This document shows, in pieces, positions 56,851 through 64,000 of a stretch of 64,000 nucleotides of DNA (position 1 is the stretch's first letter; each line of letters begins with the position of its first letter). The translations under genes were made by a program, and so were the position numbers. Source of the DNA: a virus (Duplodnaviria; Heunggongvirae; Uroviricota; Caudoviricetes); IMG/VR virus record IMGVR_UViG_3300013094_000021. The stretch is one strand, 5' to 3'. Below the pieces are notes generated by a model. The model had not been told where the DNA came from. It did not search any database and saw nothing but the letters and a program-made list of their open reading frames with translations.

Positions 56851-56978
56851 GAGTGCGTGGCGAAATGCAAAGACGCAAGCTGGAGATGCTACTTGTAGCG
56901 GAAACCAGATAGTGTGCGACCTGAAATCGCGAGCAGAACTCGAAACACTTGCAGGTTCAAATCCTGCCGCACTTAACA
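56851..56978 (+). ncRNA. 128-nt tRNA-like structured RNA (acceptor-like stem + canonical T-arm flanking a ~100-nt branched insert); candidate Y-RNA-like / tRNA-mimic
   Basis: 5' gagtgcg pairs 3' cgcactt; T-arm gcagg-TTCAAAT-cctgc with G53-C61; internal hairpins gctac-ttg-gtagc, ctgg...ccag, agtgt...acact; no CCA, no 7-nt anticodon loop. Confidence 0.45.
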
Positions 56979-57081
56979 AAAATAAAATAAAAAAATATGA
57001 AAATGTCCTTCTATTTTGACCGCGCCAATGGATTTTTCCGCCGCAAATGGAAATTCACCAAAAAGAAATAATTAAAAAAAT

Positions 57082-57324
57082 ATGGACGCCCTTCAACGCA
57101 TTCGCCAGATTGAATCGGAGATAACCAATGCCGAAATTCAATACAACGCATCGGCCATCGCTTTCCAAAGCAAATTAAATAAATTAATTTCTGAAAAGTC
57201 ATCCCTAGTCTTGATGATGGCTAAAATCAAAGCGGCCCAAATGACGATTGACGGCCAATCAGCAGAGCAAAAAGCCCCCCAGCCGCAAGCCAAAGACGGC
57301 ACGAATCGAATTAAATTTAATTAA
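57082..57324 (+). CDS. coiled-coil hypothetical protein
   Basis: 80-aa ORF. Confidence 0.35.
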   Translation: MDALQRIRQIESEITNAEIQYNASAIAFQSKLNKLISEKSSLVLMMAKIKAAQMTIDGQSAEQKAPQPQAKDGTNRIKFN

Positions 57325-57380
57325 AAAAAATCCTCAAAATAAATAATTGACAAATTAGATTTGTTCTTTATTATTAGAGC

Positions 57381-57833
57381 ATGAAACGACTAATCGCCAA
57401 AATTGAAGCGCGGAACAAAGTAAATTCTGAATGCAACCGGCTTTTGCCGATAATGATTGACTATTTCCGCCCGTTTGTTGGTAAAAAGATTTTGATTGCC
57501 GGTAATGAACTGGCTTCAAAGGTGAAGGATAATCTGCCGAAAAGTGAATTGTTTTTTTATCACGACAGAAGCAGTTATTATATCTATTTTAATTTGCGCG
57601 CGGAAAGCCGCCACGCGGACGGCAATGGTTATCAACGCGCGGAACAAGTTATCACAATTGGCGAGATTAAAGACGGCGTTTTAATTCGCCTGAATGAAAC
57701 TCCCCAGTCTTGGCGCACAAATTACAACGCGGAAGAGGTCATCGCGGCCCGTAAAAAATGCGAAGAGGCGCGGGATGCGTTGCGCCAAGCTGAAAACGGA
57801 TTGCATGGGTTCGGCGAGCATGATAGTTTTTAA
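57381..57833 (+). CDS. hypothetical protein
   Basis: 150-aa ORF, leaderless. Confidence 0.4.
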   Translation: MKRLIAKIEARNKVNSECNRLLPIMIDYFRPFVGKKILIAGNELASKVKDNLPKSELFFYHDRSSYYIYFNLRAESRHADGNGYQRAEQVITIGEIKDGVLIRLNETPQSWRTNYNAEEVIAARKKCEEARDALRQAENGLHGFGEHDSF

Positions 57834-57883
57834 TTAAAAAAGAATTAGTTGACAAATAAAATTTCTCCTTTATTCTTTACTTC

Positions 57884-58306
57884 ATGCAAGTGCAATACAA
57901 TGACGGAGGGCGGCATCACTATTTCACCGCGAAGAATGTTGGTGATTGCGTCTGCCGCGCAATCTGCATCGCTCTCGAAAAGAATTATTTAGAAATTTAT
58001 GGCATGATTAATGCCATGTCGAAAAAAAATGAGGGCAAGCTGCGGGCGCGGAACGGCGTCTATAAGAAAACTTGGCAAGACGTAAAAGATTATCTAATCA
58101 GTCAGGGTTGGCAATGGACGCCCACGGCTGGCATCGGCCAGCGGGAAAGATTAAAATTAAATGATTCCTTTCCTAAATCCGGCACGTTCATTTGCCAAGT
58201 GTCCAAACATTTGACAGTCGTAAAAGATGGAGTCATCCACGACACCCACGATTGCTCACGCGGCGGCAATAGAATGGTATATGGTTATTTTACAAAAAAG
58301 AGTTGA
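57884..58306 (+). CDS. hypothetical protein
   Basis: 140-aa ORF, leaderless. Confidence 0.4.
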   Translation: MQVQYNDGGRHHYFTAKNVGDCVCRAICIALEKNYLEIYGMINAMSKKNEGKLRARNGVYKKTWQDVKDYLISQGWQWTPTAGIGQRERLKLNDSFPKSGTFICQVSKHLTVVKDGVIHDTHDCSRGGNRMVYGYFTKKS

Positions 58307-58336
58307 CAAAATAAGTTTTTCATTTATCATTCTTTT

Positions 58337-58711
58337 ATGCTTTTTCATAAGCAAATTTATCTTCCGCCCGAAGCGAAAGCTTTAATCGGGCGAAATTTGA
58401 ATTTGTCTTATTCTCACCATGCTAAATTGGCTTGCGTAAATGACAGATACGGCATAATCTCAAAGCCGCCTTTTCAAATAGGAATTAATTTAGATAATTT
58501 AATCGAAGTTGAAACCGAAAACTCCGTTATCGTTAAAGTTGTTGTCCGCCAGAAATATGACTCAAAATTTGACATTGCATTAGCAATCTCAATCGAAGGA
58601 AAAAACTCCACGGTCAAATCAGTTTGGCTTAACGATAGCAGCGACAAGCATTTTACATTGGATAGGTCAAAGTATCAACCTTTCCCGAAGTCTTTGGGCT
58701 TGGCAATTTAA
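58337..58711 (+). CDS. hypothetical protein
   Basis: 124-aa ORF. Confidence 0.4.
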   Translation: MLFHKQIYLPPEAKALIGRNLNLSYSHHAKLACVNDRYGIISKPPFQIGINLDNLIEVETENSVIVKVVVRQKYDSKFDIALAISIEGKNSTVKSVWLNDSSDKHFTLDRSKYQPFPKSLGLAI

Positions 58712-58722
58712 TTAAGTAAAAA

Positions 58723-58902
58723 ATGAAATCTTTTTTGAAATGCGTTTTTGTTATGTGGCTTTTGGCGATGGCTTTAGCTATTCCAATTAGATTTTATACT
58801 TTCGGACGATTTGATTTAATAAACGATTTTTTTGATTGTTCTGGCGCTTCCCTATTTATCGCTTTGCCCTATGGTTTTGTCATGTGGTTAACTAAAAAAT
58901 AA
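58723..58902 (+). CDS. small membrane protein (59 aa)
   Basis: read manually; two hydrophobic helices. Confidence 0.3.
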   Translation: MKSFLKCVFVMWLLAMALAIPIRFYTFGRFDLINDFFDCSGASLFIALPYGFVMWLTKK

Positions 58903-58940
58903 TTAGTTGACTTTTAAATAAAAAGCCTTATCTTATCCGC

Positions 58941-59156
58941 ATGAATAAAGCAATTGACTCTGAAATGGCGCGGATTTTAAAACATCAATCAATTTTAAAT
59001 GAAATTGACATGATTGACGGGCAGCTATCGCCTGAAAATCTTAATTGTGATGGAGAAATCACTCGCGAGCAAGCGCAATTAAAAGCAAATAAACTTTGGG
59101 CGCGCCGAGCCAAATTGGAAAGTGAAATTGGGCGCAAGGTGGAATATAAAGGATAA
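58941..59156 (+). CDS. hypothetical protein
   Basis: 71-aa ORF, leaderless. Confidence 0.35.
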   Translation: MNKAIDSEMARILKHQSILNEIDMIDGQLSPENLNCDGEITREQAQLKANKLWARRAKLESEIGRKVEYKG

Positions 59157-59430
59157 AAGCAAATAATTTTATTATGAAATCCGTTCAAAATTCAGAGCAA
59201 ATCAAACCTAGGGAACGGGCCGCGATACTCGCGAAGGATAAAAACCACTCGTGGGGAAAGGACGGATTTTGCTTGCATTGCTTCAATGTTCACCAAACTG
59301 ATTTTCGCTGGAATGATTTGTGCAAATTTTTAATGAAATAATTATTTGACAATTTTTTATTTATGCTTATCATTGTTGTTGTCGCGGTTGTATCAATGGC
59401 CGCTTTAAAATAAAAACAAATAAAAAAATC

Positions 59431-59715
59431 ATGCAAGCCATCGTTACAAAGTTCTTCCCATGCACGAACACGAAGCCCGACCGCATTCAGGCGAAAGCCG
59501 CGCGCGGAAGCAAATTCTTTTCCGTCAATTCTGAAAAAATGGTGAAATTCTCTGGCAATAGCGAAGAAAACCACCGGACGGCAGCGCGCGAATTGTGCGA
59601 ATTCTTTTGTCGCGAAGACGTTGCCCGCTGCGGCGGCAGCAAATGGATGGGCGAACTCTTTACGGGTCAATTGCCGGACGGAAGCTACGCACACGTTTTC
59701 AACCCCAATGATTAA
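59431..59715 (+). CDS. hypothetical Cys-rich protein
   Basis: 94-aa ORF. Confidence 0.35.
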   Translation: MQAIVTKFFPCTNTKPDRIQAKAARGSKFFSVNSEKMVKFSGNSEENHRTAARELCEFFCREDVARCGGSKWMGELFTGQLPDGSYAHVFNPND

Positions 59716-59927
59716 TTAAATAAATAATTTTCGTTAAACCAGCTACGGCAAAAATGCGAATTGTGTTCCGCAAGTCAAAGGTTTAAGCTGCGGAAATAGC
59801 AAGATGGAGGCTCAATCTTGGCGAAAAATAAAATAGGGGTAAGAGGCGCCCCTTAAAAATAACTTGACAAATAAAAAGAAACTCTTTATCATTTTCTCTC
59901 TGTTAGCAAACAAATAAAAAAATAAAT

Positions 59928-60053
59928 ATGAAAAAACTCATCCTAGCTGCAATCCTCGTTTCCCTCGCTCTCCCGTCATTCGCGCGCGGCGGACACGGCG
60001 GCGGTCATCACAATCACAAGACGACCGCAACCCCGCACACGTTCAAACTTTAA
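59928..60053 (+). CDS. small secreted His/Gly-rich peptide (41 aa)
   Basis: MKKLILAAILVSLALPSFA-RGGHGGGHHNHKTTATPHTFKL; promoter upstream, terminator downstream. Confidence 0.35.
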   Translation: MKKLILAAILVSLALPSFARGGHGGGHHNHKTTATPHTFKL

Positions 60054-60077
60054 AAATTGTCCGTTTGCTTGTTTGTT

Positions 60078-60116
60078 CCCTCGCTCGGCCCAATAAGCTG
60101 GGCGAGGGTTTTCATT
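60078..60116 (+). terminator. rho-independent terminator
   Basis: ccctcgc-tcggcccaataagctgg-gcgaggg + TTTTcaTTT. Confidence 0.55.
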
Positions 60117-60149
60117 TAATTAAATAATAAATAATCTCGAAATAAATAA

Positions 60150-60178
60150 TTGACAAATTAGATTTGTTCTTTATTATT
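60150..60178 (+). promoter_or_regulatory. consensus promoter, 39-nt exact duplicate of the one at 57335..57373
   Basis: aaataaataattgacaaattagatttgttctttattatt identical at both sites. Confidence 0.55.
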
Positions 60179-60184
60179 GTTGTG

Positions 60185-60326
60185 TCGCGAGTATTGGACG
60201 TTAGGCGAAAGCCAAAAAACAGGAAAGCGGCAAGCACGGCGAAACTTAAACTTTGCGCGTCCCGTGGATAAATAAGACTGGGAAAGTTAATCAATCCGCC
60301 AGCGTCCAAAACTGGCGGATTTTTTA
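60185..60326 (+). ncRNA. candidate sRNA (~140 nt) between duplicated promoter and intrinsic terminator
   Basis: no ATG-initiated ORF; terminator ccgccag-cgtccaaaa-ctggcgg + T6 at 60296..60326. Confidence 0.4.
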
Positions 60327-60378
60327 TTTAGAAAAATAATTAGTTGACAATTAACTAAAAACAATTACAATCTTTATT

Positions 60379-60627
60379 ATGAATGCGAACGAAATTTACC
60401 TTGGAAATTGGGGGACAGTAATTTTCCAAAATGAACAACACAAAAACTATTTAATACTCGCGAAAAATTTGCGCGACATTCAAAGTTCAATTGCAAGCTG
60501 GCATGGCGAATGGCTCTCTAATGAAATGGAAAAAAACTTTCTAAAATCGGAGGCCGAAGCAAAAGCCAAATGCGATAAACTCTGGGAATTAATTCCAGAT
60601 AAAGATAATTTGTCAAAATCTCATTAA
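60379..60627 (+). CDS. hypothetical protein
   Basis: 82-aa ORF. Confidence 0.35.
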   Translation: MNANEIYLGNWGTVIFQNEQHKNYLILAKNLRDIQSSIASWHGEWLSNEMEKNFLKSEAEAKAKCDKLWELIPDKDNLSKSH

Positions 60628-60666
60628 ATAATTGACAAATAAAAATAAATAAATTACAATTCAAAT

Positions 60667-60939
60667 ATGTTCAATTATCAATTCAATTCATTTTCTGTTG
60701 GCATGGGGCTGCAATGCGTTTGCGATTGCTCTGCGGCGGGCGCGGTTGACGAACAAGTTAGCTTTTGGGCTCGAAACCTTATCCGGCCCTCGGAGGCTAC
60801 GCCCGAAGCAATCAAAAAAGAATTAAAAGAATATGGGGCGTGGGACGAAATTGAACTTCAAGACGACGAAAAGAATTGGGAGCGAATTGTCTGGATTGCG
60901 GCTTGCAACATGAAGGAACAATGCCCCGAATTAAATTAA
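60667..60939 (+). CDS. hypothetical protein
   Basis: 90-aa ORF. Confidence 0.35.
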   Translation: MFNYQFNSFSVGMGLQCVCDCSAAGAVDEQVSFWARNLIRPSEATPEAIKKELKEYGAWDEIELQDDEKNWERIVWIAACNMKEQCPELN

Positions 60940-61014
60940 AATAATTAGTTGACAAATAAAAACAATTACTTTATTATTTGTTGTCGGTCAAAAACAAATA
61001 ACAAATAAAAAAAT

Positions 61015-61200
61015 ATGGAAAAAATCGAACAAGCTCTGAAAAAATTCCCCAAGGCAAAGCGCATCGCGGTCGAAAACTTCACAAGCATGGGCGCGGGCCG
61101 GTGGGACATGGCGGCGGCGATGAATTTAGAAGCTGATAGGGCAGCTTACGGATGGAACGCCCACACTGTAAACGCAATCAAGTGGGTGATGAAAAATTAA
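61015..61200 (+). CDS. small hypothetical protein
   Basis: 61 aa; followed by terminator. Confidence 0.35.
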   Translation: MEKIEQALKKFPKAKRIAVENFTSMGAGRWDMAAAMNLEADRAAYGWNAHTVNAIKWVMKN

Positions 61201-61217
61201 ATAAAATAAAATCTCAC

Positions 61218-61246
61218 GGGCGCAATTAAGTTTGCGCCTTTTTTTA
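61218..61246 (+). terminator. rho-independent terminator
   Basis: gggcgcaa-ttaagt-ttgcgcc + T7; preceded by atctcacggg as at 61611. Confidence 0.55.
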
Positions 61247-61304
61247 TTGACAAATAAAAATAATTCTTTATCCTATTATTGTTAGTTAAAAATAAACAAA
61301 CAAA

Positions 61305-61598
61305 ATGCAAATCAAATTAATCCATTCCAAAACGGGCCGCGTCTTTTCAGAGGGCGAAACCGTCCAAACTATGCGCGGCGAAACCGGAACCCTCGAAACT
61401 ATCCGGCCCGACGAAGGGCGGAACGGTAAAGTTTACGTCCGAATCGCGGGCAAATCATTCACCCAGTGTTTTTACCCTTCGGTCATCGGATGCGAATTTT
61501 CATCGGGCGAAGTTGAAATGTTGGATGGTGTCCCATACGTTAAGCCCGCCGCATGGTATGACGAACAAGCTGAAATGGAACGGGCCGGACGACAATAA
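61305..61598 (+). CDS. hypothetical protein
   Basis: 97-aa ORF; followed by terminator. Confidence 0.4.
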   Translation: MQIKLIHSKTGRVFSEGETVQTMRGETGTLETIRPDEGRNGKVYVRIAGKSFTQCFYPSVIGCEFSSGEVEMLDGVPYVKPAAWYDEQAEMERAGRQ

Positions 61599-61617
61599 AA
61601 GAATTAAAAAATCTCAC

Positions 61618-61647
61618 GGGCGAGCCTAAAAACTCGCCCTTTTTTTA
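61618..61647 (+). terminator. rho-independent terminator
   Basis: gggcgag-cctaaaaa-ctcgccc + T8. Confidence 0.55.
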
Positions 61648-62130
61648 TTTGTTTTTTTCTTAAAAAAGTAATTGACTTTTTTTAATTAATTCTTTATTCT
61701 ATTCCCGACCTTTGAAAGACAAGGGAGGCGCACCGCCCCTGCACTAATTCCTTTATCGTTAATTTAGCAAACCATGTGCCAACATGACAAAAAACAAAAT
61801 CCGCCGTAAAGCAAAGCCCATGCCAAGACAAAATAAATTGAAAAAAATTAATTCTTCATTAATTCTGGCATGGAAATTGAATTCCTTTTAAAACGATTTT
61901 GTTAATAATTAAAATTTGAAAAAAAGCCAATGAATAACAATAACTGTAAATCATCCGGCGTCGTCATACTGCCGGAAAATAATAGGCCTCAATTTTATCG
62001 TTAAATAAAAGTGTCTAAAAATTGGAATAAACGAAACTTGGCATGGAAAATGATTTGTCCAAAAATAAGACAATAAAAATAATTCAATAATTAGTTGACT
62101 AAAAACAATTAATTCTTTATTCTGTGGCAA

Positions 62131-62667
62131 ATGAAAACAATTTCTCAAAACGAATTACTTAAAATCATTTCCGAATCAAAGGGCGCAATTCCGGTGGGCT
62201 TGTTTAGTGTCACCGATGCGCGGGCGCGGAAAACTGGCAATCCATACGGAAAAATTTTCAAACTTTGTCGGGCCGTGGGTTTTGTGGGCGCCAATTATCA
62301 ACGGGCCGTTGAAAATGAAGCCGCGCGGCAGGGTGAAAATGCAAGCGAATTTCAGGCGGAGAGTTTGCCTTGGGGAAATTGGCTTATTCAAAACAAAGTT
62401 ATTGAACACAAGGGCGAATTGTATCTGCGGACACAAACGGCGCCCGGCCAGCGCCGCAAACAACCCGCTCGCGTCACGGGATACTTGTCCGAATCTCTTC
62501 AAATTTTGTCCCGCGAACAAGTGAAGCCCTTTCTGCCCGAATCGCGTGAATCATCCAAACAACAAGACGAGGCGGGACTTTCCGAAACTGTCTGGGTCAG
62601 AACATATAAATTTAATTCAATTAAAAAAATCCGCATTAATGGCAAAACTTACTGGCTGAAAAATTAA
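62131..62667 (+). CDS. hypothetical protein
   Basis: 178-aa ORF, leaderless behind consensus promoter. Confidence 0.4.
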   Translation: MKTISQNELLKIISESKGAIPVGLFSVTDARARKTGNPYGKIFKLCRAVGFVGANYQRAVENEAARQGENASEFQAESLPWGNWLIQNKVIEHKGELYLRTQTAPGQRRKQPARVTGYLSESLQILSREQVKPFLPESRESSKQQDEAGLSETVWVRTYKFNSIKKIRINGKTYWLKN

Positions 62668-62761
62668 TTAAAAAATTAGTTGACGAAAAAAATAAATACT
62701 TTATTATTTAACCAATGGCACGACGCCAGAAAACAAAAACAATAAACAAACAAAAAACATT

Positions 62762-63826
62762 ATGTCACACGAAATTCTGAAAAACGACAAACAAGAGGGC
62801 CGGACAATGGCTTGGCATGGCAAAACTATCGTCAACCCTGATTTGACGCTGGCGAATTGCCATTTGAACCCGAACCGGGCCGACGACGGAAAACCCAAGT
62901 GGGATTATGTTGGCAAATCGGTTGACGTTGACGGAAAACCCACTGGTTTTCACATTCTGGGCGTGACCGATGGCGCGACGACTGAAAACGAGGACGGGCA
63001 GGAATTCCCGCTTGTCATTGGTGACAGCTACAATCCCGTGAAATTCAAACCCGTGACAAACGAAAAATTGATTGAAATTTTGACGCCCGCTGTGGCGGAA
63101 CACGGGTTGACCCTCGAATCATGCGGGACTGTGAAAAATCGTGGTCGCCAGTTTTTTTCATTCGCGATGGTCGGGAATGAATTCAATGCCGCGGGCCGTC
63201 CGTTCAATTCGTTTTTCAATGTTGGCAATGGTAACGATAAATCCAGCCCGCTGTGGGTTAATACGTCCAATATTTGCACGGTTTGCAACAATACTTTCAC
63301 GATGAACATGGACTTGTCGGGCTTCGTGATGGAAGTTAAAAAAACGAAGTTTTCGGAATTGAGAATCACAAACTTGGGCCGCGCGATTGAAGCCATGCTT
63401 TCCGGTCAAAAGGAATTCGCCGCGCAACTTAACAAACTGGCGGGTTATGAATGCGACGAAAACAAGGCGCGCGAATTTTTCGCCGGTTTTCTCGCGACTT
63501 CGCCCGATGCGCCCTTGTCAACTCGTTCCCTGACTGCCCTTGAACGCCTCACCCAGCTATTCAAAGCGGGCGCGGGCAATGATGGAAATGATTTTTCCGA
63601 TGTTTTCCAAGCGGCTACTGATTTTTATTCGCACGAAGCCGCAAGTGCGGCGGGCGATGAAGCCGCAAATTGGAAAAATTACGTTTCAAGTGAATTCGGC
63701 GCGGGCCGCAAAGCGAAACAAGATGTTTGGGAAGCAATCGGGACGGAAAAAACCCGCAAGGGAATGCTGGCAATCGGAAAAAAAGTTTTGAAAATCACGG
63801 CGGATAATGCGCGCAAAAGCGAATAA
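62762..63826 (+). CDS. hypothetical protein, possibly DUF932-type phage/plasmid-like protein
   Basis: 354 aa; N-terminal MAWHGKT resembles the conserved WHGLG block of that family (weak, from memory). Confidence 0.3.
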   Translation: MSHEILKNDKQEGRTMAWHGKTIVNPDLTLANCHLNPNRADDGKPKWDYVGKSVDVDGKPTGFHILGVTDGATTENEDGQEFPLVIGDSYNPVKFKPVTNEKLIEILTPAVAEHGLTLESCGTVKNRGRQFFSFAMVGNEFNAAGRPFNSFFNVGNGNDKSSPLWVNTSNICTVCNNTFTMNMDLSGFVMEVKKTKFSELRITNLGRAIEAMLSGQKEFAAQLNKLAGYECDENKAREFFAGFLATSPDAPLSTRSLTALERLTQLFKAGAGNDGNDFSDVFQAATDFYSHEAASAAGDEAANWKNYVSSEFGAGRKAKQDVWEAIGTEKTRKGMLAIGKKVLKITADNARKSE

Positions 63827-63846
63827 ACTTTCGCGCAAATAACAAA

Positions 63847-63885
63847 GCGGTGGGGACTAGCAATCCCCGCCGCCCTTTTGATTTT
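63847..63885 (+). terminator. rho-independent terminator
   Basis: gcggtgggga-ctagcaa-tccccgccgc + cTTTTgaTTTT. Confidence 0.5.
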
Positions 63886-64000
63886 GTCAGGATGCCGCGC
63901 CGGTCAGGATGCCGCGCCGGTCAGGATGCCGCGCCGGTCAGGATGCCGCGCCGGTCAGGATGCCGCGCCGGTCAGGATGCCGCGCCGGTCAGGATGCCGC
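63886..64000. repeat. GC-rich 17-bp tandem repeat (gtcaggatgccgcgccg), at least 6.7 copies, truncated by window end
   Basis: direct reading; perfect copies. Confidence 0.9.

Noticed and set aside
1-64000. Integrase, prophage att sites, structural genes (capsid, portal, terminase)
   Set aside because: No integrase/recombinase motifs (R-H-R-Y, or serine recombinase) and no structural-protein signatures were recognised by eye. Absence cannot be proven without profile searches.

Overview
The window reads as an AT-rich phage (probably large or jumbo) accessory/early region. GC is very low up to about 49.5 kb and noticeably higher in the last ~14 kb. Coding is almost entirely on the + strand, made of ~120 short-to-medium ORFs. 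The one clear minus-strand gene is a GIY-YIG homing endonuclease (38032..38766). A single extended sigma70-type promoter motif (TTGACAAnT.. ~17 nt ..CTTTATTATA) recurs more than 60 times, often ending only 5-7 nt before the ATG, so many mRNAs look leaderless. Several intrinsic terminators share a CCGCCAG..CTGGCGG-T(n) hairpin. No capsid, portal, terminase or DNA polymerase genes were recognised.

Recognisable content:
(1) An amide/peptide-ligation cluster: four YbdK/GCS2-like amidoligases, two class-II (Ntn) glutamine amidotransferases, an ATP-grasp ligase and a SET-domain protein. Two peptidase-C26 (gamma-glutamyl hydrolase-like) genes lie nearby.
(2) A Prs-like / NAMPT-like gene pair (NAD+ salvage or reconstitution) plus a macro domain.
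(3) An RNA-repair pair, RtcB + Rsr (Ro60, TROVE+vWA). The window also holds one canonical tRNA(CAU), one aberrant tRNA-like gene, a 128-nt tRNA-like structured RNA, and a ~900-bp ORF-free, hairpin-rich region with an H-type pseudoknot.
(4) HNH x2, metallophosphoesterase x2, a RuvB-like AAA+ ATPase, a UvrD-like SF1 helicase, a T4-endoV-like glycosylase, a small zinc deaminase and YopX x2.
(5) Many paralogue families, including six small proteins sharing a C-terminal FPCExDFPHGF tail.

Other features: an extremely AT-rich 600-bp iteron region and a GC-rich 17-bp tandem repeat running off the window end. All protein-family calls are from motif reading only, with no database search.
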